Notes: generated by a model not told the origin, from the letters alone. DNA of 64,000 nucleotides from an uncultured Verrucomicrobiae bacterium (GCA_963739345.1 CAVUAA010000002.1:397378-461377), one strand, 5' to 3'; positions 49,208 through 58,216 are shown, numbered from the stretch's first letter. Translations and numbers: made by a program.

Positions 49208-50618
49208 AGTCGACGATATGGTCGAGCTCCTGGCTCTCACGGACGCCTTGTGTGATCCCATTGACGTGGATGAGGACTTGGCGTGTTGACCAATGTCTTG
49301 GAATTTGGAGGCGGACTCGCTTCTCTTTCATTTGGTGGACGACATCTAGGCCGACCGAGTCGTTGCTGAATTTGATCTCGCAGAGAAAAAGGGTGCGGTG
49401 GCGGGTCTGAATGGCGAGATCGACTTGGCTTCCTTTTTGTCGCTGTGTAGGACGTTGGAAGTAGGGGCCGTACATTTCAACGTCACCGGTTGATAGGTTG
49501 AGATGGTCGAAGAGGGTGGGGGCGTTTTGAATGACGAGGTTTTCGAATTGCAGGCCCATTGTCGACTCCCATCCAGGGAGCGATGCGAGGGAGGGAGGGG
49601 CGTACCGGGCTCGCTCGATTTTGTCGCGGTTGGGAAGAAGATAGCGGAGATAGAAGCGGAGGTAGTTGTCGGCCAGCCGAAATTTTTTTAGACGGGAGGT
49701 TTTGCCTGTTTTGAACGACCAGGTCGGATCATCGGCGACAAAGCCCGCTTGGATCAGATCGTTTAGTAGGGCTGAGAGCCATCCGCTTTTGTCGAGATTG
49801 AGCGCATGCTGAAGAGCTGCTAAATCGCTTGGACCATTGGCTAGGCGGTGCACGACATCCATGTAAAGAGGCGCCCGTTTAGAGAAGAGGTCAGAGAAGA
49901 TCCGTTCGAACTCAGCAAAAAGGAGGCCTGCTTTATTGAAGCAGAGGCGGTGGATGTTTTCTTCGGCCGATAGGTGGGGCAACACCTCCTCGAGATAGCG
50001 TGGCACGCTGCCGGTCACCGAAAGAACCTTTAATATTTCATGAGGGCTGACGCGGTCACGGCGGCCGTCCCAGAACTCTGCAGCATCCTTCAGAGGAAGG
50101 GGGTCGAGCTTCAGATCGCAAGAGATCCTCCCCAAGAATCCGGTCGAGCTTAGAATATTTTTTTGGATCCAACTAGACACCGAACCGCAGACGATGAGAA
50201 TCAGTTTCGGGTTCTTAGAGAAGTGAAGATCCCAAGCGTTTTTGAGTTGGCCCAGAAAGTGGGGATCCTTGGATCCAATCCACGAAATTTCATCGAGGGA
50301 CAAAATCACCCGTCCCTTTTTTGTCAGCTGTCCGAGTTGCCAGAAGAGGTCTCCCCAACTTTCTGCTCGAGGCTTGGGGATTCCAAAGAGCTGGGCCATT
50401 CTTTCGCCAAACTGTTCAAGCTGTGTTTGGTGGCTCGTGGCATGGCTAGGTGGTATGCCCGAGAAGGTGTAGCAAGGCATGTCGCTCCCAAACTCCTGAA
50501 TCAATCGGCTCTTGCCGATTCGTCTCCTTCCGCGGATGACCACGAAGGAGGCCGATCTTTTCTTCAGGTAGGAGCGGAGCAGTTCGAGCTCCTGTGATCG
50601 TCCAATAAAGCGTGTCAT
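49191..50618 (-). CDS. ATPase-wHTH-PD-(D/E)XK nuclease, paralogue B
   Basis: FIGRSQE, GRRRIGKS, LSLDEI, GSVPRYL, QVDLA...CEIK. Confidence 0.88.
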   Translation of the reverse strand: MTRFIGRSQELELLRSYLKKRSASFVVIRGRRRIGKSRLIQEFGSDMPCYTFSGIPPSHATSHQTQLEQFGERMAQLFGIPKPRAESWGDLFWQLGQLTKKGRVILSLDEISWIGSKDPHFLGQLKNAWDLHFSKNPKLILIVCGSVSSWIQKNILSSTGFLGRISCDLKLDPLPLKDAAEFWDGRRDRVSPHEILKVLSVTGSVPRYLEEVLPHLSAEENIHRLCFNKAGLLFAEFERIFSDLFSKRAPLYMDVVHRLANGPSDLAALQHALNLDKSGWLSALLNDLIQAGFVADDPTWSFKTGKTSRLKKFRLADNYLRFYLRYLLPNRDKIERARYAPPSLASLPGWESTMGLQFENLVIQNAPTLFDHLNLSTGDVEMYGPYFQRPTQRQKGSQVDLAIQTRHRTLFLCEIKFSNDSVGLDVVHQMKEKRVRLQIPRHWSTRQVLIHVNGITQGVRESQELDHIVDFTTLF

Positions 50619-50632
50619 AGGTGCCATTAATT

Positions 50633-50711
50633 GTATCACAAGAATGACATATGTCAATCATGGGATATGGGGCTGTTCCGTCAAGCCGTATCACAAGAAT
50701 GACATATGTCA
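50633..50711. repeat. Two identical 24-bp repeats at 55-bp period upstream of ATPase B
   Basis: GTATCACAAGAATGACATATGTCA at 50633 and 50688; palindromic core TGACATATGTCA. Confidence 0.9.
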
Positions 50712-50848
50712 CTTTCGCACATGGAGGCACAGCCATTTATACATTGATAATCAATGAGATATGAAATTGTAAGGAGAGGTGCTGTTTTGAGTCCTTGTTC
50801 AATTCAGAAGGAACCATTACCCTGGATGAAAGTTTTAGGAGAGTTGTG

Positions 50849-51847
50849 ATGAAGATTGGATATTTGGGTGCTGGGACGTGGGGATTTGCTTTGGAGACGC
50901 TGCTGGCGTTGAAGGGGTATGAGGTGGTGGTGTGGACGGTGGACCCGGGGTTGGCCGAGCGGATGAATGGGGGCGGCGACCATCCGAAGCTGCCGGGCCA
51001 TCATGCGCATGCAAATATGCACTACACAGAGGATCTGGCGGAGGCGCTCGATGGGATCGACATGCTGGTCGAGGGGGTGACAAGTGCGGGCTTAAGGCCG
51101 GTCTTTGAAGCGGTGAAGAAGGTGGGCGTGCCGGGCTGCCCGATTGTTCTGACGTCGAAGGGGATTGAACAGAACACAGGGCTGTTGCTGAGCGAGTTGG
51201 CGGTGGCGGTATTGGGTGAGGAGCATCGGGGGCAGATTGGCTGTTTGAGTGGGCCAAGTCACGCAGAAGAGGTGGTGCGGGGGTTGCCGACGACGGTGGT
51301 CAGCTCGGCCTATGAGCCGGCTGTGATGATGCAGATCCAAGAGGCGTTCACCTCAGATCGGTTCCGGGTCTATCCAAATGCGGATATCGATGGGGTGGAG
51401 TTTTGCGGAGCGCTGAAGAATGTGGTGGCCATTGCGTGTGGGATTTCTGATGGGTTGGGATTTGGAGATAATACGAAGGCGGCGTTGATGACGCGTGGAC
51501 TGCACGAGATCCGGAAGCTGGGCGTTGTGATGGGATGTGAAGTGGAGACGATCAACGGGTTGGCCGGGATGGGCGATCTTTGTGTCACTTGCATGTCCAA
51601 CTTCAGTCGGAACTACCGTTTTGGACGGTTGTTGGCGGACGGACATAGTGCTGAGGAGGCGAAGACGTCGATCGGCATGGTGGTTGAAGGGGAGTATTCG
51701 GTTGTCTCGGCGGTTCAGCTGGGAAAAAAATATGACGTTCCCCTCCCGATTGCCCAAACGGTATATGGTATTCTCTATGAGGGGTTGGAGGCGCAAAAAG
51801 CGGTTCACCAACTACTTACCCGCGCAATCAAAGAGGAACACCTGTGA
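50849..51847 (+). CDS. gpsA: NAD(P)H-dependent glycerol-3-phosphate dehydrogenase
   Basis: GAGTWG, SKGIE, SGPSHAEE, GALKNV, SRN motifs. Confidence 0.96.
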   Translation: MKIGYLGAGTWGFALETLLALKGYEVVVWTVDPGLAERMNGGGDHPKLPGHHAHANMHYTEDLAEALDGIDMLVEGVTSAGLRPVFEAVKKVGVPGCPIVLTSKGIEQNTGLLLSELAVAVLGEEHRGQIGCLSGPSHAEEVVRGLPTTVVSSAYEPAVMMQIQEAFTSDRFRVYPNADIDGVEFCGALKNVVAIACGISDGLGFGDNTKAALMTRGLHEIRKLGVVMGCEVETINGLAGMGDLCVTCMSNFSRNYRFGRLLADGHSAEEAKTSIGMVVEGEYSVVSAVQLGKKYDVPLPIAQTVYGILYEGLEAQKAVHQLLTRAIKEEHL

Positions 51848-53349
51848 AGATTATCCCCGCTTCTGAAATGGCTCGTGTGGAGAAGTTGGCCTACGAGAAG
51901 GGGGCTTCTGATGAGGTGTTCATGGAGGCGGCGGGGCGTGGGCTGGCCGAGGTGGTCGAGGGGGTGGTGCAGAGCCAAGACCTCGAGTGGCAGGCGGCGA
52001 TGCTGTGTGGCAAGGGGAACAACGGGGGCGATGCCTATGTCGCAGGGTGCTACCTGTTAGAACAGGGCTTTGCGGTACGCGCTTTGCAGTTGACGCCGAT
52101 TGAGGAGGCTAGTGCCCTCTGCAAGAAGAATCACGATCGGTTTTTAGAGGCTGGCGGCGAAGTGGTCTCGGTTGAAGAAGAGGAGGATCTCAGTTTCTTT
52201 GACGATGGGGTGATCCTCGATGGTGTGTTTGGGACGGGGTTTAGGGGAGAGGTTGAGGGGATTTTTGCGGCGGCATTTCAGCGGGCAAATGTGTCGGGAT
52301 TGCCACTGATTGCCATCGACATCCCATCTGGGATCAACGGCAACACAGGGGAGATGGGCTCGGTGGCGATTGAAGCGCACACGACGGTCTATCTGGGATT
52401 GCCGAAGAGCGGTTTTTTCTTGGGCGAGGGGTGGAATCATGTGGGTGATCTTCACCTGGTTGAGTTTGGGTTGGCGCAGGAGTTCATCGACGAGGCGCAG
52501 CCCGACTTCATCATGCTGACCAAACATGTAGCGGCGCAGCTGTTGCCGCCGATCGTGAGAAATCGACACAAGTATGAGGCGGGTTACGTAGTCGGAGTGG
52601 CGGGCTCAAAGGCGATGCCGGGAGCTGCGCTCTTGTCCAGTTTTGCTGCCCTTAGGGCAGGTGCGGGAATGATGCGCCTCCTCCACGCTCCCAACATGGA
52701 GCCGCACGCGTTGGGACTTCATCCAGAAGTATTGGCGGAGTCACTTGAGTCGGGAATGCATTGGTTGGAAAAGGCGTCGGCGGTTTTTGTGGGGCCCGGC
52801 CTTGGGACCGATGAGAAAACGGGCAAGTTGCTCTGCGATATTTTGGCCCAAATCAAGTGCCCGTGCGTTCTCGACGCCGATGCGCTGACGCTGATAGCAA
52901 AAGATGATCTGAAGTTCCCCGAGCAGACGGTGATCACTCCCCACAGGGGGGAGATGCGTCGGCTGTTAGGCCGCCCCGATCTCGACGGTCCTGAACTGCT
53001 CAAGGCGTGCCAGGAGTATGTGAACGAGAAGAACATCGTATTGGTGCTAAAAGGGGGGCCAAGCTTTGTCTTTCTCCCCAAACCACTCAACATGCCGTGG
53101 GTGGTGACGCGGGGTGATGCGGGGATGGCGACGGCTGGCTCTGGCGATGTGCTGACCGGCGTGATCGCCGCTCTCCTCGCGCAAGGGCTCCGACCAGGCC
53201 ATGCAGCGCTGGTGGGCACCTACCTCCACGGCTTGGCCGGCGAGTGCGCCGCCGTTGAGCTCACCTCCTACTCGATGGTCGCATCAGATGTCACTGAGCA
53301 TCTTCCGGATGCGTTTAGTGAGCTGCTGGCCGCAAAGTGGCCAAATTAA
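51844..53349 (+). CDS. nnr: Bifunctional NAD(P)H-hydrate epimerase/dehydratase
   Basis: CGKGNNGGD, DIPSG, TPHRGE, ATAGSGDVL motifs. Confidence 0.93.
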   Translation: MKIIPASEMARVEKLAYEKGASDEVFMEAAGRGLAEVVEGVVQSQDLEWQAAMLCGKGNNGGDAYVAGCYLLEQGFAVRALQLTPIEEASALCKKNHDRFLEAGGEVVSVEEEEDLSFFDDGVILDGVFGTGFRGEVEGIFAAAFQRANVSGLPLIAIDIPSGINGNTGEMGSVAIEAHTTVYLGLPKSGFFLGEGWNHVGDLHLVEFGLAQEFIDEAQPDFIMLTKHVAAQLLPPIVRNRHKYEAGYVVGVAGSKAMPGAALLSSFAALRAGAGMMRLLHAPNMEPHALGLHPEVLAESLESGMHWLEKASAVFVGPGLGTDEKTGKLLCDILAQIKCPCVLDADALTLIAKDDLKFPEQTVITPHRGEMRRLLGRPDLDGPELLKACQEYVNEKNIVLVLKGGPSFVFLPKPLNMPWVVTRGDAGMATAGSGDVLTGVIAALLAQGLRPGHAALVGTYLHGLAGECAAVELTSYSMVASDVTEHLPDAFSELLAAKWPN

Positions 53350-53356
53350 CCCCCCA

Positions 53357-53381
53357 ATTTTAGCCACTTTGTGGCTAAAAT
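53357..53381. terminator. Hairpin between convergent genes
   Basis: ATTTTAGCCAC-TTT-GTGGCTAAAAT. Confidence 0.5.
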
Positions 53382-53465
53382 ACAGGTTTTGTGTGGTTGC
53401 CGCCGTTTGCGGTATTGAAATTTGTGCGACCGCAGGATGCGGTCGCTCATATTGAATTGGATGGC

Positions 53466-54422
53466 TCAGGCTGGGGTTGCCGACGCGTTCGTGCTGGTTA
53501 GCCACTGAGTGAATTTGGCGAGGCCGTCCGCAAGGGTGGTGGTTGGGGCGTAGTTCAGGTCGCGTTGGCTTGAGGTGATGTCGGCGAAGGTGGTGAGCAC
53601 TTCGCCGGTCTGCATGGGGAAGTGTTCGATTTTAGCTTTTTTGTTGAGGAGGGTCTCGAGGGTGGAGACGAGGGTGGTGACGGGGAGGGGAGTGTTGTTG
53701 CCTAGATTGTAGACATGGTTGCCAGGGGGGGTATCGAGAGCGGCGATGGTGCCGGCGACGATGTCGTCAATGTAGGTGAAGTCGCGCTCCATCTTCCCTT
53801 CGTGAAAGAGGGGGATGGGGCGGTCGTTGATGATGGCGTCAGCAAATTTGTAGTAGGCCATGTCGGGACGGCCCCAAGGACCGTAGACGGTGAAAAAGCG
53901 GAGGCCGGTGGTGGGAATGTTGAAGCAGTGGTGGTAGCTGTGGGCCATGAGCTCGTTGGCTTTTTTTGTGGCGCCGTAGAGGTTGGTGGGGGTGTCGGTG
54001 GGGTCTAGGGGGGAGAAGGGGAGCTTGGTGTTGGTGCCGTAGACTGAGGAGGAAGAGGCGTAGACGAGGGGAAGTGAGTGGTGGCGGCACGCTTCGAGGA
54101 TGTTGAGGAAGCCGTCGATGTTGGAGCGGGTGTAGGCTCTGGGGTTTTCGAGGCAGTAGCGGACGCCAGCCTGGGCGGCGAGGTGGATGATGTGGGTGGG
54201 TTTAAAGGTATCAATGGTGGCGCTAAGAAACTCTTTGTCGGCGACGTCACCTTCAATGACTTTGTGGCCGAAGTGAGCGACGCGCGCCCGCTTGAGAGAG
54301 GGGTCATAATAGGGATTGAAATTGTCGTAGCCCAGGACGGTATTTCCTCGAGCGATGAGGGCGTTTGCGAGGTGGGATCCGATGAATCCGGCTCCGCCTG
54401 TGAGGAAAACTCTACGTGTCAT
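53466..54422 (-). CDS. NAD-dependent epimerase (UDP-glucuronate 4-epimerase-like)
   Basis: TGGAGFIG, HLAAQAGVR, YGATK, YGPWGRPDMA. Confidence 0.92.
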   Translation of the reverse strand: MTRRVFLTGGAGFIGSHLANALIARGNTVLGYDNFNPYYDPSLKRARVAHFGHKVIEGDVADKEFLSATIDTFKPTHIIHLAAQAGVRYCLENPRAYTRSNIDGFLNILEACRHHSLPLVYASSSSVYGTNTKLPFSPLDPTDTPTNLYGATKKANELMAHSYHHCFNIPTTGLRFFTVYGPWGRPDMAYYKFADAIINDRPIPLFHEGKMERDFTYIDDIVAGTIAALDTPPGNHVYNLGNNTPLPVTTLVSTLETLLNKKAKIEHFPMQTGEVLTTFADITSSQRDLNYAPTTTLADGLAKFTQWLTSTNASATPA

Positions 54423-54501
54423 GGTGGTAGGATTATAACGGAATAGCGGGGAAAGACAAGGGCTGATAGAATCGCCCGATCAGGTTACGTATGAGGAAGC
54501 T

Positions 54502-55611
54502 GTGCAGTTCGTAGATCTCCAGAGGCAATATCGCCTTCATAAAAAAGAAATTGACGAGGCGATTCATCAGGTGCTCGACAGTTCTCGCTTCATTTTGGGG
54601 CCAGAAGTGTCTGAGCTTGAAGGGGTGTTGGCCGAGTTTGTGGGAACGTCGCACTGCGTGACGGTGGGGAGTGGGACCGAAGCGTTGCAGGTGGCGATGA
54701 TGGCTTTTGAGATCGGCCCGGGCGACGAGGTGATCACCGTTCCTTTTACCTGGATCAGCACGGCGGAGGCAATTCGACTGGTGGGGGCGACGCCGGTCTT
54801 TGTCGACATCTGCCCCGACACCTATAACATCGACATTGATCAGATTGAAGGGGCGATCACGGAGAGGACGCGGGCGATCATGCCGGTCAGCCTGTTTGGT
54901 CAGATGCCCGATATGGATCGAATCAACGCAATTGCTGAACGGCACAATCTTCGGGTGATCGAAGATGGGGCGCAAAGCTTTGGGGCTGAGCAAAATGGGC
55001 GGAAGAGTTGCGGGGTGAGCGACATCGGAACCACCAGTTTCTTCCCGGCCAAACCGTTCGGTTGTTATGGCGACGGGGGGGCGGTTTTTACCAATGATGA
55101 TGAAATAGCAGCGCGCATGCGGGCGATTCGGACGCATGGAGGCGAGCGGCGGCATCACCATCCCTATTTGGGGATGAACAGTCGGTTTGATACGTTGCAA
55201 GCTGCGATTTTGTTGGTCAAATGGCCCCACTTTGCGGGTGAGATTGTTCGGCGGGGTGAGCTGGCGGACCGCTATACGGCGGCTTTGAACGGGTGCTGTG
55301 TGACGCCTGTGACGATGGACGGAAACTTGCACGCCTATGCGCAATACACGATTCGATTGGAGAATCGGGATGCGGTGGCTGAGCAGCTGAAAGAGCATGG
55401 CATCCCTTCGATGGTCTACTATCCTCGATGCTTGCATCAGCAGCCTGTCTTTGCTGATCTAGGTCACGAAGATGGGGCCTTTCCTGTGGCTGAGAAAGCG
55501 GCTGGCGATGTTCTTAGCTTGCCTCTTCATCCGTGGATGACCGATGAGGAGCAGGCGCAAGTGATCGAGGTGGTGCTCAAGGTGGCCAAGTCTTTGGCTA
55601 CTGCATGTTAG
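54502..55611 (+). CDS. DegT/DnrJ/EryC1/StrS aminotransferase (WbpE-like)
   Basis: EDGAQSFGA, SFFPAKPFGCYGDGG, LSLPLHP. Confidence 0.92.
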   Translation: MQFVDLQRQYRLHKKEIDEAIHQVLDSSRFILGPEVSELEGVLAEFVGTSHCVTVGSGTEALQVAMMAFEIGPGDEVITVPFTWISTAEAIRLVGATPVFVDICPDTYNIDIDQIEGAITERTRAIMPVSLFGQMPDMDRINAIAERHNLRVIEDGAQSFGAEQNGRKSCGVSDIGTTSFFPAKPFGCYGDGGAVFTNDDEIAARMRAIRTHGGERRHHHPYLGMNSRFDTLQAAILLVKWPHFAGEIVRRGELADRYTAALNGCCVTPVTMDGNLHAYAQYTIRLENRDAVAEQLKEHGIPSMVYYPRCLHQQPVFADLGHEDGAFPVAEKAAGDVLSLPLHPWMTDEEQAQVIEVVLKVAKSLATAC

Positions 55612-56591
55612 GAGTCGTTGGAGCGGGCTATTGGGGAAAAAACCTCGTTCGCAACTTTGCGGAACTCGGCGTGCTCCGCACGGTTTGCGATCACGACGCT
55701 CAGATTCATGACCGCTACCCCGATGTGCACACCACTCTTGATTTTGATGAGCTACTCGCCGATGAGGCGATCACCGCGATTGTCATTGCGACGCCCGGCC
55801 ACACCCACTTCGAATTGGCGGTGCAGGCGCTAGAAGCTGGCAAAGATCTCTTTGTCGAGAAGCCGCTCTGTTTGAGCGTGGCAGAAGGGGAGCAGCTAGT
55901 GGCTCTTGCGGCTGAGCGGAAGCTAGTGCTGATGGTGGGTCACATTTTGAACTACCACCCATGTGTAACTTGGCTGCAGGAGATGGTTACGGCGGGTGAG
56001 CTGGGTGATCTCCACTACATCTCGGCTCACCGATTGAACCTTGGGAAGCTCTGCTTTCACGAGAATGCCCTTTGGGCGTTGGCTCCCCACGACGTCTCGG
56101 TGATCCTCTCCCTTACTGCCGCCGCGCCAACTGCGATTCACTGCTCGGGGGGCGCCTACGTGAGTGAGGGGATTGCCGATCAAACGTGCACCACGCTCCA
56201 ATTTGCAACTGGTGTGCGCGGTCACATTCTCTCGAGTTGGCTCCACCCGTTCAAAGAGCAGAAGCTAACGGTAGTTGGGTCTGAGGGGATGGTCGTGTTT
56301 GACGACACTCGAGGCTGGGGGGAGAAGCTGGCCTTCTACCGGCAGCCAGTAACTTTTTGTGAGGGAGTGCCGGCGGCGGCGGCGGTGGAGCCCGAATTTG
56401 TGGAGGTTGGGGAGGGGGAGCCGTTGCGGGCCGAGTGCGCACACTTCCTTGAGTGCTGTGCGACGCGGAGCCAGCCTAAGACCGACGGTGAGGAGGGAGT
56501 GCGGGTGTTGCGGGTGCTCGAGGCGGCGCAAAGTTATCTCGAACCAGCTATCCGCTCAACCTATCTTGTTTCAAACGCTCTCAACGTATAG
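55605..56591 (+). CDS. Gfo/Idh/MocA oxidoreductase (WbpB-like)
   Basis: GAGYWG, VEKP, MVGH, PHD motifs. Confidence 0.9.
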   Translation: MLGVVGAGYWGKNLVRNFAELGVLRTVCDHDAQIHDRYPDVHTTLDFDELLADEAITAIVIATPGHTHFELAVQALEAGKDLFVEKPLCLSVAEGEQLVALAAERKLVLMVGHILNYHPCVTWLQEMVTAGELGDLHYISAHRLNLGKLCFHENALWALAPHDVSVILSLTAAAPTAIHCSGGAYVSEGIADQTCTTLQFATGVRGHILSSWLHPFKEQKLTVVGSEGMVVFDDTRGWGEKLAFYRQPVTFCEGVPAAAAVEPEFVEVGEGEPLRAECAHFLECCATRSQPKTDGEEGVRVLRVLEAAQSYLEPAIRSTYLVSNALNV

Positions 56592-56603
56592 GATCATTTC
56601 TCT

Positions 56604-57401
56604 ATGAAACGGATAGGTTTTCTCCTAATTCTTACCTGCTTACTGGTGACTGGCATCTTTGCCGGCCTCTATTTTTTCTGGCATCGGCAAGAGATGCGTG
56701 CGGGAAAAGTGGCGACGCTTGAGCAGCTCTACGGCGCTGACGAGTGGACCGCTGATTTTCTAGCAGCTGAGCCCAAAAAGCGGATCGCCGAGGTGCGCAA
56801 GGAGCTTCAATCTCAGCTTGCGATGGCGAAGACGACGCTTGAGAAGATGGAGCGGCTCGTTAGCCACATTCTTAACGAGGTGCAAACCTATGCCGGAATT
56901 CCGGCGGCCGGTCTGGGTAAATTGACCGGGCTCGAAATCTACCGTGATATGGTTGAGGGGAGAGCTTCGGTCAACAGTGATCATCTCACTCGCGCCTACG
57001 TCGGTGTGGCCAATGCGGTGGGCATTCCGACACGTCTGGTCCAGGCAGGTGAGCAAAGTTTTGCTGAGAGCTGGGTGGCTGAGTGGGACAAATGGGCCTT
57101 TGTCGACATTAGCTCCCGCAAAGCGTACGTGGTCGATGGGACCGGCATCCCGCTTGATGCAGTTGAGTTGCTCGTCGCCCTGAGAGAGGGAATCGACGAA
57201 TGGATGGAAGTGGCCCTGTTTCAAGGGGGAGAGATCACCCGCGCGCCGTGTGAAGCCGAACAGCTTCACCTCTCTACTACTGCCGTTCTCTGTTACCCCC
57301 GCGCACAACACCTTTACGGCTCTGCGATCCGGAGAAAAGGGTACGAGCTCTTCTCTCCCAAACTTCTCTATGCGTTTGATCACTCTGTTACAGTTGGATA
57401 A
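56604..57401 (+). CDS. Membrane-anchored transglutaminase-like domain protein, probably inactive
   Basis: N-terminal TM; ANAVGIPTRLV and ESW..KWAFVD pattern. Confidence 0.55.
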   Translation: MKRIGFLLILTCLLVTGIFAGLYFFWHRQEMRAGKVATLEQLYGADEWTADFLAAEPKKRIAEVRKELQSQLAMAKTTLEKMERLVSHILNEVQTYAGIPAAGLGKLTGLEIYRDMVEGRASVNSDHLTRAYVGVANAVGIPTRLVQAGEQSFAESWVAEWDKWAFVDISSRKAYVVDGTGIPLDAVELLVALREGIDEWMEVALFQGGEITRAPCEAEQLHLSTTAVLCYPRAQHLYGSAIRRKGYELFSPKLLYAFDHSVTVG

Positions 57402-58178
57402 CGGTGCTGTTTCGTTCTGCCGTCTTATCTCGCCGATAGGAAAACCAGTCGTCTGGGTTTTCATGAGTGCAGATTTCTGCAATCTCGATGTGGTGAGGGA
57501 GAAGTCCCACCTCCTCTAGCTGCCACCGGCTGATCTTCCAAAAATCGAAATAGTTGGGGCGTATCTGGTATTCCCAGAACGACCTGGGCAGTTCGGTGCG
57601 GAAGTTGACGAACTCTCCGTTTTCTGGTCCGAGACTTGGCGAAATCCCCACCAGCAGATTCTCCGGACGGCAGTGATGAACCGTTTGCAGATGTTCCACC
57701 ACCACTCGATAGATATTCTGAACACTCCCTTTCCATCCGCAGTGGACGGCGGCGGCCAGTCTCTCTACCGGATCATAAATAAGTGCAGCTTGGACCCAGA
57801 TTGCTACCCTCTCTTCCCCCTATGACGCTCAGCTTTTGGTAATCTACTTCGCCTCGCTCCTCACCCATGACTACCGCCATGGGACTCATCGCGATGCTCG
57901 TATCTCACTCAAAATCAGACGCCCTAGTGGAACGATAGGGTAGCAATCTGGGTCTTGGCAATCGGTATGCTTAATCATCGCCGCCTGCCCCGGCTGTGAG
58001 ATCACCAGCGCATCGGCCTCCCCCACCAATCCCACCTGCCCTGGCTGCACCTCAATGATGCCTACTCCATGCACCTGGTGGGCATAGGCCAGATTTGGCG
58101 TCACCCAATCCACCCAGCTGTTTCGGGGAAAGCAGCCGTGCTCCACCTCCCTCAGAATCTCAAATTTTTCACGTTCAT
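57388..58178 (-). pseudogene. pgeF: PgeF/YfiH laccase-domain protein interrupted by a MITE
   Basis: HQVHG, ADAL, HTDCQ|AALIYDP..HCGWKG, ICT..FSYRR; insertion brings in stops. Confidence 0.88.
57793..57954. mobile_element. Intact 162-bp MITE-like element with perfect 18-bp TIRs and target duplication
   Basis: GACCCAGATTGCTACCCT...AGGGTAGCAATCTGGGTC flanked by TTG/TTG (or CTTGG with 17-bp TIRs); removal restores pgeF. Confidence 0.93.
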
Positions 58179-58216
58179 ATGTGCATCCTACTGATTATCA
58201 GTGACTGTTGTCAAGA

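Noticed and set aside
57793-57954. In-frame peptide-coding insertion like Rickettsia palindromic elements
   Set aside because: Length keeps frame but the insert carries several TAG/TGA stops in the pgeF frame.
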